Positions 36,700 to 46,452 of a stretch of DNA of 51,364 bases are shown in pieces. A program made the translations under genes and the position numbers. Every line of letters begins with the position of its first letter. Positions within the stretch are counted from its first letter, which is position 1. The stretch is from a virus (lineage: Duplodnaviria; Caudoviricetes): IMG/VR virus record IMGVR_UViG_3300033487_000006, positions 1 through 51,364 of that record, one strand, 5' to 3'. The notes under the pieces were generated by a model that was given only the letters and a program-made list of their open reading frames with translations, did not search any database and had not been told where the DNA came from.

Positions 36700-37912
36700 C
36701 GCTCAGGACCTTGAGCTCGCCGGCGATGAAGCCGGGATGCCGCACGCCGTTGCGCGCGATGACGTCGGCCTCGTTGTCGACCGAGCCGTACAGCTGGTAG
36801 GCCAGCAGCAGCGACGGCGTCGCCACGTTGCGGGTCGCCGTCACCACGCGCGCGAACGCCGCGCCGCCCGGCACCGCGCGCAGCACCTCCGAGCGCAGGC
36901 TCACGAGCGCAGGGTAGGCGGTGTCGCCGGCGCCGGCCGCCTGCTCCTCGAGCAGCGCGGCGACCTGGTCCCGCGCCGCCAGCGCCTCCTCGAGCGAGGC
37001 ATACGACGCGCGCGGGACGAGCCGCGCCGCCTCGATCGCCAGCACACGTTGGAGCGCGGCCGTCATCGCGGTCTGGTTGGCGAGCTCGCGCTCGCGCGTC
37101 GACGTCGTCGCGACGACCGGATCGCCGAAGTCCACGGCGTAGGCCTCGACCAGCGCGCTCCACACGGCGCCGGGCGCCGCCGCGATCGTATCGACCATCT
37201 CGAGGATCGCCGCGCGGAACTCGGTGAACGTCTCGACCGGATCGCGCACGAGCGATGCCGCCCGCGCCGTCAGCACCGCCACGCGGCCCGTGAGCACGGC
37301 GAGCTCCTGCGACGTGGCCGCGATGGGGCCCAGGTACTCGTCGAGCGCCGCCGCGGCGCGGGTCAGCGCGGTCTCGCAGGACTCGATTGCGAACGACGGC
37401 AGCCCGGCCACGTCGTACGCGTCATCGAGCTCGGTCTTGGCCGCTTCGATCGCGGCGTCCGCGCTGTCGGCCACCTGCTCCGTCGCGTCGACCACCTCGA
37501 CGGGGACCGGCGCCTGCGCTGGCGCCTCGGCGAACTCGATCGCGAACGTCGCCATCCCGCCGTCAGCCCGGGTCTCGCGCACCGCCAGGCTGACGCAGAT
37601 CGCGCTCTTCACGCCGTGGTAGGGATGGACGAGCTCGCCGGGCCCGGCCTCGTCCTCGAGCGCGGCCAGGAGGGCGTCCCGCTGCGCGAGGTAGTCATCG
37701 CCGATCACGTAGCCGTCGACGCGGAACTGACGCGCCTTGCGCCCGAGGTCCTCGACGAACGGCTCGTCGCGGAGCGGGAACTCGTGCACGACGGCGCGCC
37801 GGCCGCCGCCGCGCTCCGAGGCGTCGACGAAGAACGGCACGCCACGGAACGAGGCGCCGACGAGCTGCCGGCCGCCGATGCTGACCCGCCGGAGGTCCTC
37901 ACGCCAGGTCAC
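36692..37912 (-). CDS. Mu gp43-like DNA circularisation protein
   Basis: ASFRGVPFFV...GGRRAVVHEFP..D.PFVEDLGR...GPGELVHP; PSLLLAYQLYG...N.VRHPGF. Confidence 0.93.
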   Translation of the reverse strand: MTWREDLRRVSIGGRQLVGASFRGVPFFVDASERGGGRRAVVHEFPLRDEPFVEDLGRKARQFRVDGYVIGDDYLAQRDALLAALEDEAGPGELVHPYHGVKSAICVSLAVRETRADGGMATFAIEFAEAPAQAPVPVEVVDATEQVADSADAAIEAAKTELDDAYDVAGLPSFAIESCETALTRAAAALDEYLGPIAATSQELAVLTGRVAVLTARAASLVRDPVETFTEFRAAILEMVDTIAAAPGAVWSALVEAYAVDFGDPVVATTSTRERELANQTAMTAALQRVLAIEAARLVPRASYASLEEALAARDQVAALLEEQAAGAGDTAYPALVSLRSEVLRAVPGGAAFARVVTATRNVATPSLLLAYQLYGSVDNEADVIARNGVRHPGFIAGELKVLSDG

Positions 37913-39525
37913 AGCCCGCCCCCCAGCATCTGGTAGCCGACCGACAGGTCCACGCTCGCCGTGCTCTGCGGATCAGCCTGGACGCGCGTGCCCTTCGGAG
38001 CGTTCGCGAAGTCCACGGTGATCCGCGCCTCGGTCGCCGGCGGGCCGGCGGGCATGGCACCGGTGGCGCGATTGATCATGTCGAGCACGCCGCCGGACCC
38101 GGGCTTGTAGTCGACGAGCGCGGGGCCGTCATCGGAGAAGGGATTGATCGTGTCGATCGCGTCGGTCACCGTCTCAACCGCGCCGGCGACCTTGTCGATG
38201 ATCCCCTTGATGACGTCCCACGCCCGCTGGAACGCCGACGTCACGCCATCCCAGAGGTCGACGAAGAAGCCCTTCACTGGCGTCCAGACCGCCATGACGG
38301 CGTCGGCCGCCGCGCCCAGCACGGTCTTCACGCCGCCGACGATGAAGACCCACGCCGCGCGGAATGCGCTTTTCACGCTGTCCCACAAATCAGTGAAGAA
38401 CGCCGCGATGCCGTCCCAGTTGTCGATCAGGAGGTAGACTCCCGCCACGATCGCCGCGATGCCGGCCAGGATCCACCCGACGGGCGTCGCCAGGATCGCG
38501 GCGCCGAGCGACCAGATCGACGCCACCAGCGGGCCGGCGATGATCGCGGCCAGCGCGACGCCCACGACCTTCAGCTTGGTCGCGCTGTCAACGAAGGGCC
38601 GCACGGTGTCGACGACGGAGCTGAAGACATCGACGAGCTTCGACACAGCGCCCGGCAGCTTCTTTCCGAGGTCCGCCGCCCACCCCGCGATGCGCGCACG
38701 GTTCGCCGTGAAGAAGTCGCGCAGCTGCTCGACGATCACCTTGAGCGCGGGCGCCAGCCCCTGGACGAGCGCCGCCTTGATCCCGTCCGTCGACGCCTTC
38801 AGGTCCTTCATCGCGTCGTCGACCTTGCCGGCCTCGCCGGCCGCGCCCTCCTGCGATCCCGCGAGCTCGAGGTACCGGTCGCGCAGCTCCTTGATGCCCT
38901 TCGGGCCCTTGCCGAGGAGCGGCGCGAGCGCGGCATCGCCGAGGGTCGCCTGCGCGAGCGCCGCCCGCTTCGCCGGATCCTCGAGCTTCGCCATCGCGCC
39001 GGCGAGCAGGTCGAAGGCCTCCTCGTTGCTCTTCGCCGCCTTGAGCTGGCGCAGCAGCGCCGGGCTGACCTTGGAGAGGAACGCCGCCATGCGGCCGGTG
39101 CCGGCGCGGGCCTGGCCGAGGCTCTTCGCGAAGCCCTGCAGACCGCCGTCGAGCGCCTCAACCGAGGCGCCGGAGCGCTCGGCCGCGTAGCGCATCTGGG
39201 CCAAAAAGTCGACGCCGACACCCATCGCCTCGGCCTTGTCGCCGAGCTCGTCGAACCCGTCCACCAGCTTGAAGAGGCCGGCGACCGCGCCGCCGACGAT
39301 GCCACCGACGACGGCCACCTTGGCGAGCACGCCGGCGATCGCGCCGCCCACGCCCTTGAAGCCGCCGATCACCTCGTCGAGCCCGCTCTTCTCGCGCAGG
39401 TCGCCGAGGGACTCGCGGAAGTCGCGGATCGGCTTCGTGACCGCGTCGAGCCGCTTGTTGATCCCCGCCGTCGCCTTGTCGACGGTGCGGATGATGATCG
39501 AGAGCTTGGTCTGCTTTTCAGCCAC
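37909..39525 (-). CDS. Tape measure protein (538 aa)
   Basis: Ala-rich helical; NWDGIAAFFTDLWD repeats; follows chaperone. Confidence 0.88.
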   Translation of the reverse strand: MAEKQTKLSIIIRTVDKATAGINKRLDAVTKPIRDFRESLGDLREKSGLDEVIGGFKGVGGAIAGVLAKVAVVGGIVGGAVAGLFKLVDGFDELGDKAEAMGVGVDFLAQMRYAAERSGASVEALDGGLQGFAKSLGQARAGTGRMAAFLSKVSPALLRQLKAAKSNEEAFDLLAGAMAKLEDPAKRAALAQATLGDAALAPLLGKGPKGIKELRDRYLELAGSQEGAAGEAGKVDDAMKDLKASTDGIKAALVQGLAPALKVIVEQLRDFFTANRARIAGWAADLGKKLPGAVSKLVDVFSSVVDTVRPFVDSATKLKVVGVALAAIIAGPLVASIWSLGAAILATPVGWILAGIAAIVAGVYLLIDNWDGIAAFFTDLWDSVKSAFRAAWVFIVGGVKTVLGAAADAVMAVWTPVKGFFVDLWDGVTSAFQRAWDVIKGIIDKVAGAVETVTDAIDTINPFSDDGPALVDYKPGSGGVLDMINRATGAMPAGPPATEARITVDFANAPKGTRVQADPQSTASVDLSVGYQMLGGGL

Positions 39526-39996
39526 GGCGCATCCGTTCTGCCACCTTCACGGCCTGTGCGAGCCAGAGCTTCAGCTCCCACCCGTCCGCGTCCATCGCCC
39601 AGAGCTCAGACGGCTGGGCGTGGAAGACGTGAGCGATCAGCCCGAAAGCATCCTCCCAGCCCCACGACACCTCCCGAAAAAACCCAGCGCGATGGCGAGC
39701 ACCTCGTCAGCGTCATCGGGGTCCAGGAGCTCGATCACCTTGAGCGGCCGGCCGCACAGGCGCGACGCGATCATCATCAGCTCGTCGACGTTGGGCGCGC
39801 GATCGATGCCGACGCCCATCCCCTTGAGCACACCGAAGGTGCCCTTCTGGAAGACGAGCGACTCGATCAGCTCCTTGCCGAAGGTGACGGGCGAGCCGAG
39901 CGTGATGGTCACCGGCCATTCGCGCTTGCCGAGGAGCTTCTTCGCTTCGGCGAGTGCCTCGGGGTCATCGGCGGACTCGGTGTGATCGGTCGACAT
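39518..39996 (-). CDS. Tail assembly chaperone, -1 frameshift-extended form
   Basis: GGGTTTT slippery site at 39685-39679; -1 frame reads IAHVFHAQPSELWAMD (GpE-like). Confidence 0.8.
39637..39996 (-). CDS. Tail assembly chaperone (unshifted form)
   Basis: Between tube and TMP; IELLDPDD motif. Confidence 0.85.
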   Translation of the reverse strand: MSTDHTESADDPEALAEAKKLLGKREWPVTITLGSPVTFGKELIESLVFQKGTFGVLKGMGVGIDRAPNVDELMMIASRLCGRPLKVIELLDPDDADEVLAIALGFFGRCRGAGRMLSG

Positions 39997-40361
39997 CAGG
40001 AAACCTCCTCCGCGCTGGCACCTTCCCAGCGCACCGAGATCTCGGACTCCTCGCTGGTCCCGGTTCCTTCGCCCGCGAACCACGCCTCGGAGAGCACGAT
40101 CATCTTGCCGTTGCCGAGCGCGAGCGAGACCGTCAGGTCACGCCCGGTCGCGAGCGCGTCGAGATCGAGCGTGCCGCGATCGGTGATCGCGCCCTCGATG
40201 AACGCGACCTGCGGCGTCTCCTTGTAGCCGTGCACGCCGTCGGAGCCGACGATCGCGTCGCGCTTCGGGCGCCCGAGGTTGTACGAGAAGTTGCCCTTCG
40301 CGTCCTGGATCGCGCCGTTGACCTGCACCTGAATCAATCCGGCGACTCGCTGATTTGCCAT
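39996..40361 (-). CDS. Mu-like tail tube protein
   Basis: RVAG...KG..SYNLG..KRDAIVGSDGVHGYKETP. Confidence 0.92.
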   Translation of the reverse strand: MANQRVAGLIQVQVNGAIQDAKGNFSYNLGRPKRDAIVGSDGVHGYKETPQVAFIEGAITDRGTLDLDALATGRDLTVSLALGNGKMIVLSEAWFAGEGTGTSEESEISVRWEGASAEEVS

Positions 40362-40373
40362 GGTGATTGCCTC

Positions 40374-41855
40374 CTACAGCCGGAACTGGAACTGCGTGCC
40401 GACGACGATGAGCTGGTTGATGAGGTCCGGCGGGAGCAGGATGTCGAGCCGGTTCGGGTCCGAGGCGTTCCGCTCGACGACGAGGTCGCGCTCGAATTGC
40501 TCGAAGCCCTCGACGAGTCCCTGCTTCTCCTTCGCGCGGAACCACGCGAGCGCCTCGCCCTTGCCGAGCAGCGGCGTCATGACGGCCTGCCCAGAGCTGA
40601 AGCGCGTGCCGTCGTTCGCGAGCTTGTGCCGCGGGTACCTCGTCTGGATCCGCACGCGCCAGTCGTACCGGAGGTACATCAGCGTGAGCAGCGTCGTCGC
40701 GTCGAGGTACGCGGTGTCGGCGGCGCCGGCCGGGCTGGTCTGGTACGTGGTGATGATCCGCTCGAGCTGGACCACGCCGCCGGCCGCGCGCTTCGTCGTC
40801 GCGATGCCGTCGTAGAGCAGCAGGTTCCGCTCGTCGAGCGACCACTGGTCGGTTTCGGCCGGCGCGAGCGCGTGCGACATCGCGAGCGTCTGGAACGGCC
40901 GCGCCGGGTCGGCCGCGCCGTGAAGCGCGACCAGCGCGGCGACCTCGGCCGCGAACTCCATCGGCGGGGTGAGCGGCGACGCGCCGGGCTGCGCGACGAT
41001 CACCGAGTGCTGGCTGTTGCGCCCGTCGCCCAGCGTCGTGAGCGTCGAGAAGCTGCCCGACGCCGACGTGATCGCGATGCCGTCGATCGAGCGCAGCGGG
41101 CCGAACCGCGACGCGAGCTCCGTCTCGATCGCGCTCAGGCTGGTCGCGTCGGTGTACGGGTGCGCCCAGACCATGAACCACAGGTCGGCCATCGCCGCGA
41201 CCAGGTTCGTCAGGCTCGGGTTGGTGGTGCCGGCGACCACGCTGCCCACGGCGGTGATCGTGAGCGTCACGCCGGCCGGCAGCTCCTCGCCGTCGCGGAA
41301 GCTGTCGCGCACGTCGTACGTGTTGCCGACGAGGCCCTTGTGCCGGAATGTGATCGTCACCGTCGAGCCGACGACGCCCGCGGTCACCGGCAGGTCGAGC
41401 GCGTCGTCGATCGCGGCCTCGATCGCCGTGGCGATGTCCGTCGAGGCATCGCCGTCGGTCACCGCGACGGTGATTCGCTCGCCGCCGAGGTAGAGCGCGA
41501 TCGTTCCGTCCTCGGTCGCCGGGCCTCCCACGACGATCGTGCCGGTCGCGGCGACGCCGGCGCCGTCGTCGGCGAGCACGCCGAGCCAGACCTCAGTCGA
41601 GCGGTTCGACGCGAACCACGCGATCGCCTGACGGTGCAGCATCGAGCCGCGGCCGCCGTACGTGATCGCGTCGTCCACGCTCGTCGCGCGCACGAGCGTG
41701 TCGGCCGTGGCGGTGCCGGCGGAGGTCTTCTGGCCGATGAGCAGCGCCTTGTACGCGAGCAGCGACGGCCCCTGCTGCGCGCGGGTGGCGTTGAACTCCG
41801 CGGCCACGAAGGGCACGCGGAGCGTGGTCGGGATGTTGTCGAAGCTGATCGCCAT
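40374..41855 (-). CDS. Mu-like contractile tail sheath protein
   Basis: ISFDNIP..LRVP....EF; GRGSML; DPARPFQTL; ERNLLLYDGIAT; YPRHKLA. Confidence 0.95.
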   Translation of the reverse strand: MAISFDNIPTTLRVPFVAAEFNATRAQQGPSLLAYKALLIGQKTSAGTATADTLVRATSVDDAITYGGRGSMLHRQAIAWFASNRSTEVWLGVLADDGAGVAATGTIVVGGPATEDGTIALYLGGERITVAVTDGDASTDIATAIEAAIDDALDLPVTAGVVGSTVTITFRHKGLVGNTYDVRDSFRDGEELPAGVTLTITAVGSVVAGTTNPSLTNLVAAMADLWFMVWAHPYTDATSLSAIETELASRFGPLRSIDGIAITSASGSFSTLTTLGDGRNSQHSVIVAQPGASPLTPPMEFAAEVAALVALHGAADPARPFQTLAMSHALAPAETDQWSLDERNLLLYDGIATTKRAAGGVVQLERIITTYQTSPAGAADTAYLDATTLLTLMYLRYDWRVRIQTRYPRHKLANDGTRFSSGQAVMTPLLGKGEALAWFRAKEKQGLVEGFEQFERDLVVERNASDPNRLDILLPPDLINQLIVVGTQFQFRL

Positions 41856-42065
41856 CTACTTGCTCCGGGTGGTGAGCGGCTGGATCGGCTCGCGGCCGGT
41901 GGGCTGCGCGGCGCGCGGCGCGGTGTCGACCGGCACGACCTCGCCGGCGCGCAGGCGGCGACGCCAGAAGGCGTTGTCGGGCACCTCGCGGCCCTCGGCG
42001 GGCAGCGGGCGCTTGGTGTGCGGATCGCGGACGATCGCGCCGGGGATGGCGGGCTTCAGCTTCAC
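41856..42065 (-). CDS. DUF2635 (Mu gp38-like) protein
   Basis: VRDP....LPAEGREVP...FWRRRL..GEV. Confidence 0.88.
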   Translation of the reverse strand: MKLKPAIPGAIVRDPHTKRPLPAEGREVPDNAFWRRRLRAGEVVPVDTAPRAAQPTGREPIQPLTTRSK

Positions 42066-42610
42066 GGTGCCTCCTGGACGATGAACTGGTCGCGAGCCTG
42101 GTTCGCCTCGACGGCCTCGACGGTCCGGTGCTTGGCGTCGACGCTGCGGAGGTCGTCGAGCTCGGCGGGCGCGGCCTGGTCAACCCGGTACGTCACCGCG
42201 TAGGTCAGCACGACGACGCCGATGAGCGGATCGCTTCGGCCGTCGTCCTCGACGACCTCCATCGTCGTACCCACCAGCCGCACGCTGCCGGCGGTGCCGC
42301 CGAGGTACGGATCGGCCTTCATGGCCGCTTCGACCTCCTCGGCGAGGTCGTCCATCGCGTCGTCGACCGGCACCGCGTCGGTGTGCGCAACCCAGCCGAC
42401 GATCTCGAGCTCGGGCTCGTGGGCCTCTTCGGTTTCCGAGGAGGCGTCCTCGTCCACCGGATCGTTGAGCGTGTACACGCCGAGCGCGGGCAGCCGCCCC
42501 TTCCGGTTCGGCTCAACGCGGCTCGGCTGCACGCGCTCGCCGGCGGCGGTCGCCGCGGCGATCAGCAGCGCGACCACCGCGTGACGGATGAGCTTGCGCG
42601 GGTGCGCCAT
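42062..42610 (-). CDS. Tail terminator/completion protein
   Basis: MAHPRKLIR.AVV..L...LPALGVYT...DDLAEEVE; upstream of sheath. Confidence 0.75.
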   Translation of the reverse strand: MAHPRKLIRHAVVALLIAAATAAGERVQPSRVEPNRKGRLPALGVYTLNDPVDEDASSETEEAHEPELEIVGWVAHTDAVPVDDAMDDLAEEVEAAMKADPYLGGTAGSVRLVGTTMEVVEDDGRSDPLIGVVVLTYAVTYRVDQAAPAELDDLRSVDAKHRTVEAVEANQARDQFIVQEAP

Positions 42611-42620
42611 CCCAGCCGTC

Positions 42621-42647
42621 AGGATCACGGCCCGCGACGGCTGTCAA
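42621..42647 (-). promoter_or_regulatory. Late-promoter motif TTGACA-N15-GATCCT
   Basis: 10 nt upstream of ATG. Confidence 0.8.
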
Positions 42648-42738
42648 CGTGCTATGGTTCGCAGCGCCGTCGCCCTCACCGGACTGGAGGGCTTAATCGA
42701 CGTCAGGACGACCGGGTGACGTCGGACGGCATCTCCCA

Positions 42739-43107
42739 TCACGTCCAGAATAGGCGCACGCCGACGACCTCGGCCGCCGCGTTCAGGATGAACGAGCTGA
42801 CGCTCGCGTCGATCGAGATGGTGTCGGGGTCCGTGTCGTGCAGCCTGACGCCCGTGTCGCCGCCCGCGCCCTTGAGCTTGATCGCGACCGTGTTCCCGCT
42901 CGGCTTCACGATCGTGCACGCCTTGGGCGTCGAGCCGCCGCCCGGCGCCGTGATCGTGTTGTCGCCGGCGGCGAGCGTCATGATCTGGATCTGCGCGGGG
43001 CTCGCGCTGTTGTCGGCCGCGCTGTTCTCGTGGGCGTGGCCCGGCGACGCCCCGCCGACGTCGCCGTAGTAGGTCACCGTGATCTTGCGCTTCGCTGTCG
43101 CTGCCAT
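42739..43107 (-). CDS. Hypothetical beta-rich virion protein
   Basis: GGAGG RBS; in neck region. Confidence 0.65.
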   Translation of the reverse strand: MAATAKRKITVTYYGDVGGASPGHAHENSAADNSASPAQIQIMTLAAGDNTITAPGGGSTPKACTIVKPSGNTVAIKLKGAGGDTGVRLHDTDPDTISIDASVSSFILNAAAEVVGVRLFWT

Positions 43108-43118
43108 CGAGGCCTCCC

Positions 43119-43445
43119 TCAGGTCACCGTGCGCAGCACCAACAAGACGCCGCCCATGCCGTCGGGCTGCGGAGCCCCGATCATGCGGTAATCGACCCCG
43201 CCGATCGTGAGCGTGGGGTCGTCGAGCTCGGGATCCGCGGGCAGGTCCGCGAGGCGCAGGAACACCGCGGGGCCGAGCGTCCCGACGCCAGCCTCCGCGT
43301 CGCCCTTCGTGAGCTGGTACTGCGCGTCGAAGATGCCGGTGACCAGGACCGCGGCGCCGACCGCCGGCGCGTAGGTCACCTCCACGCCGCCGAGATGGCC
43401 CTGCGCGGCGCGGTCGGCGGCCTCGACCAGGTCGGCGAAGCTCAT
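43119..43445 (-). CDS. Head-tail joining protein (gpFII-like)
   Basis: VTGIFD...P......D.LTIGGVDY.....PDG.G; synteny. Confidence 0.75.
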   Translation of the reverse strand: MSFADLVEAADRAAQGHLGGVEVTYAPAVGAAVLVTGIFDAQYQLTKGDAEAGVGTLGPAVFLRLADLPADPELDDPTLTIGGVDYRMIGAPQPDGMGGVLLVLRTVT

Positions 43446-43448
43446 CGG

Positions 43449-44180
43449 CTACTCGAGCGCGTACGTCAGGTTGAAGTCGATGTGGGTCGCGGTCGTGATG
43501 TCCGCGCCGGTCTTGCCGGCCGTGATCGCCGCGCCCGCGTCGTTCTTCGTGTACGAGGCTCCGTCGGCGAGGACGGCGGCGCCGGCCTCGCCGTCTTTCA
43601 GGACCGTGCTCTGCGTCGCGCTGGCCTGCGCGTAGGCGACCAGCTTCCGCGTCGCGGCGGAGAGCGTGCCGATGACGTCGACCGTCGTCACGGCACCGGC
43701 CGCGCCGCCGATCGCGATCGCATTGCACGAAACCATCCGGTACGCGATCCCGGCGAGCGCCGGGGCCAGCGTGGCGCCGGCGTTGACCTGCGCGACCGTG
43801 AGCCGCTTGCGGACGTTCATCAGCCGGCCGGCGAGCGACTGGCCGCTGAGCCGGACGGTCGCCGTGGTGTCGCCGGTCGCCGCCGCCTCGGCGATGGTCC
43901 CGATCGGCACGTGGCCGACGGACGAGTCGATCGAGATCTTGGCGTTGGTCGCGTCCCAGAACGCGGCCTGGCCTTCGACGAGTGCGCCCTCGCCGGTCGT
44001 CTTGGGCAGCGTCCACACGCCGTCGATCGCGCCCTCGAAGGTCGCTCCGGACGCGTAGGCGACGGTGCTGGTCGCCACGACGAACAGCGCGCCGATCAGG
44101 TAGCCGCTGCCGGAGGTCACGCCGGACGCCGGCACCGTGAAGGTCATGACGTGGCCGGGCTGGACGTAGTTGGTTGCCAT
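43449..44180 (-). CDS. DUF2190 capsid cement/decoration protein with extra C-terminal domain
   Basis: MATNYVQPG...GVTSG....IG.LF.VA...GVWTLPK...TVRL followed by ~130 extra aa. Confidence 0.8.
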   Translation of the reverse strand: MATNYVQPGHVMTFTVPASGVTSGSGYLIGALFVVATSTVAYASGATFEGAIDGVWTLPKTTGEGALVEGQAAFWDATNAKISIDSSVGHVPIGTIAEAAATGDTTATVRLSGQSLAGRLMNVRKRLTVAQVNAGATLAPALAGIAYRMVSCNAIAIGGAAGAVTTVDVIGTLSAATRKLVAYAQASATQSTVLKDGEAGAAVLADGASYTKNDAGAAITAGKTGADITTATHIDFNLTYALE

Positions 44181-44215
44181 GGTCGCGGTCTCCGTTGGGG
44201 GGTTCTGACGCCCAA

Positions 44216-44245
44216 GCCCCCTGGCGAGGCCTTCGCTCAGGGGGC
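44216..44245 (-). terminator. Stem-loop after the major capsid gene
   Basis: GCCCCCTG/CAGGGGGC stem with inner pairing; poor U-tract. Confidence 0.5.
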
Positions 44246-44285
44246 ACGTGCTCGGCGCACGCTGGCAGCTCGGCGAGCTCGCGGG

Positions 44286-46415
44286 CTACGCGCCGGCGTT
44301 CGTGACCGCGCCCTTGGCGTCGGCCTCCTGCGCCTTGGCGTACTGCGTGACCTTCCACTCGACGCCGTCGATGCGCCAGCCGTTCTGGCTCTCCATGATC
44401 GGCCCGCGGCCGTACCCCTCGAGGAAGGCGACCACGATCGCGGCGCAGATGTTCGGATCGGCGAACAGGTACCGGCGGGTGGTGTTGGACGCGAGCCGCG
44501 GCGTGCCGACGATGTCGCCGAACAGGCCCCGCACCATGTTGGGGCGCTGCAGCTTGTTCGCCGTGTCGGGGTCGTACTGCGCGTCGTTGATCACGCGCGC
44601 CGTTCCCTCGAGCGCATCCGGCACGACGAGGATGCGGGGCGACAGGCTCAGGTAGTCCCGATTGCTCGGATCCTTCTGCGCGCGCATGAGCACGCGGTCG
44701 GCGTCCAGGCCGGCCACGGTGAGCGCGGAACCGGTGCCGACGTTCGCGCGGTTCGCGTGGAAGAACGGTTGCGAGTCGGACATCGTCGGGCCGAGCCCGC
44801 TGTTGAGCGCGAGCAACGCGTAGACGTCGTTCTCGATGGTGCGCGCCGCCGCCCGGCCGAACTCGCCCGCGAGGTTCGCGAGCGCGCCCATGTCGTCGTT
44901 GAGGATCGCCTCGCGCGAGAGCGAGAAGATCTCGCCGTGCCGCTCGGTGCTGATCCCGTACTTCGCGCCGTCGGGGACGATGCCGGTGGTGTACTCGCCG
45001 TGCTCGGAGATCTTCGGCAGCGACGGCAGCGACCCGGTGCGGTAGCGGCTGGACGTCCGGAAGTCCGGAACGTCATCGGTGCCGCAGAACCGCTGCCACG
45101 TGGTCTCCTGCGTCGCGTAGGCGCCGAGCAGCATCTTGTGGAGCACGTTCTCGAGCAGCGTCGCGAAGTCGCTCGTGGTCTGGTACGAGCCGCTGCGGAA
45201 CGTGAACGCCTCGCCGAGCATCCGCATCCGGTCCATGCCGCGGGTCTTGCGGCCCGCGCGCTCGAGCGACTCCCGCGCGAGCTCGACCGGGGAGAGCCCG
45301 CGGAACTCGCCACCACCGCCGAGCTCGAAGCCCTCGAACAGATCGGGCGCCCGCTTCTTCGCCTGCTCGAGCAGCTTGCGCTTGCCGGTGCGCTCGATCA
45401 GCCACGCGGTCGCGCCGCGGAGGAACTTGTCCCGCGCGTCGTCGCCAGCGCCGATGCGCAGCACGCCGTCGACATCGTGCTCGCTGTCGGCCGACGTGAT
45501 CTCGCGGAACGCCACCTCGCGCGCCTTCTCGGCCGAAACGCCGGCCTCGATGAGGCTCGTCGCCCAGCCGTCGCCGAGCCTGGACTGCTGGGCGATCTTG
45601 CGGATGCCCGCGACGCGCGCGCGCTCGCCGGCAATCGCGTCCTCGGCTGCCTGCGCCGCCGCGGCGTCGCGCGCCGCGCGCTCCTCCATGCGCGCGCGCC
45701 GCGTGGCGGCGGTCGCGGCGGTGGCGGCTGCCTCCTGCGCAGCATCGGCGGCGGCCGTCGGAGAGCCCTGCGGCGCCGGAGTCGTGGGGTCGTTCTCGGG
45801 GTCCATGGTCCTGTCCTTGTTGGCGGTCGCAGTTCTCGTGACGAAGACGCACGCCGTGCGCTTCGCAGTGGTGCTCTCGGCGCGGAAGCCGGCGCCGTCG
45901 TCGGCGCCCATCGGCACCGGCGAAATCTCGTACGGCTCCCAGTCGGTCGCGCGGAAGCGCTTGACCTTGTCCTTGCCGGCCTCGACCTCTTCCATCTTGT
46001 AAGTCGAGTAGCCGACGGAGACGTTCTGGAGGATGCCGTCCTTGACCTTGCGCCAGATCTCGTCGGCCGCCGCATCGTCCTCGGCCTTGGCGAAACGAAC
46101 GGTCGCGATGCCGCGACCGTTCTCGATGCGCGCGCTGCCGGGGACCACGACTCCGATCACGCCTCTGGCGTCGCGATCGTTGTGCGCGTTGAGGACCGGC
46201 GCACCGTTGTTCAGACGCTTGAGCCGCACGTGCTTGGGATCCAGCGACAGCTCCTCCCAGTAGCGATCGTAGAAGCCGCGCAGCACCGCGGCGCCCGTCG
46301 TCCAGATCACGTCGACGGTGCGCGCCTCCTCGTCGAGGCTGTTCGGCACGATCGCCGCCGCCCGGGAGAGCACCGGCAGATCAACCGTTGCGTTGCGCTC
46401 GGCGTCTCGTCTCAC
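44286..46415 (-). CDS. Fused prohead protease-scaffold-major capsid protein
   Basis: RLNNGAPVLNAH, VSVGY, DWEPYEIS.VP.GAD; TTSDFA.LL....K.L...Y, V.DFR, LSREAILNDD. Confidence 0.92.
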   Translation of the reverse strand: MRRDAERNATVDLPVLSRAAAIVPNSLDEEARTVDVIWTTGAAVLRGFYDRYWEELSLDPKHVRLKRLNNGAPVLNAHNDRDARGVIGVVVPGSARIENGRGIATVRFAKAEDDAAADEIWRKVKDGILQNVSVGYSTYKMEEVEAGKDKVKRFRATDWEPYEISPVPMGADDGAGFRAESTTAKRTACVFVTRTATANKDRTMDPENDPTTPAPQGSPTAAADAAQEAAATAATAATRRARMEERAARDAAAAQAAEDAIAGERARVAGIRKIAQQSRLGDGWATSLIEAGVSAEKAREVAFREITSADSEHDVDGVLRIGAGDDARDKFLRGATAWLIERTGKRKLLEQAKKRAPDLFEGFELGGGGEFRGLSPVELARESLERAGRKTRGMDRMRMLGEAFTFRSGSYQTTSDFATLLENVLHKMLLGAYATQETTWQRFCGTDDVPDFRTSSRYRTGSLPSLPKISEHGEYTTGIVPDGAKYGISTERHGEIFSLSREAILNDDMGALANLAGEFGRAAARTIENDVYALLALNSGLGPTMSDSQPFFHANRANVGTGSALTVAGLDADRVLMRAQKDPSNRDYLSLSPRILVVPDALEGTARVINDAQYDPDTANKLQRPNMVRGLFGDIVGTPRLASNTTRRYLFADPNICAAIVVAFLEGYGRGPIMESQNGWRIDGVEWKVTQYAKAQEADAKGAVTNAGA

Positions 46416-46425
46416 ATGGGCGGCA

Positions 46426-46452
46426 AGGATCACGGCGCTTGACGGCTGTCAA
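46426..46452 (-). promoter_or_regulatory. Late-promoter motif TTGACA-N15-GATCCT
   Basis: -35 box contains the portal stop codon; 10 nt to GTG. Confidence 0.8.

Noticed and set aside
42650-42738. Two small hairpins in the intergenic gap as an ncRNA or tRNA
   Set aside because: Short GC-rich stems with no recognisable RNA family features; at most a terminator
43395-46442. Very long plus-strand ORFs opposite late genes (also 39954-42203, 47872-50376) and minus-strand ORFs such as 21145-23106
   Set aside because: Antisense shadows of high-GC3 genes; Arg/Ala/Gly-rich with no motifs
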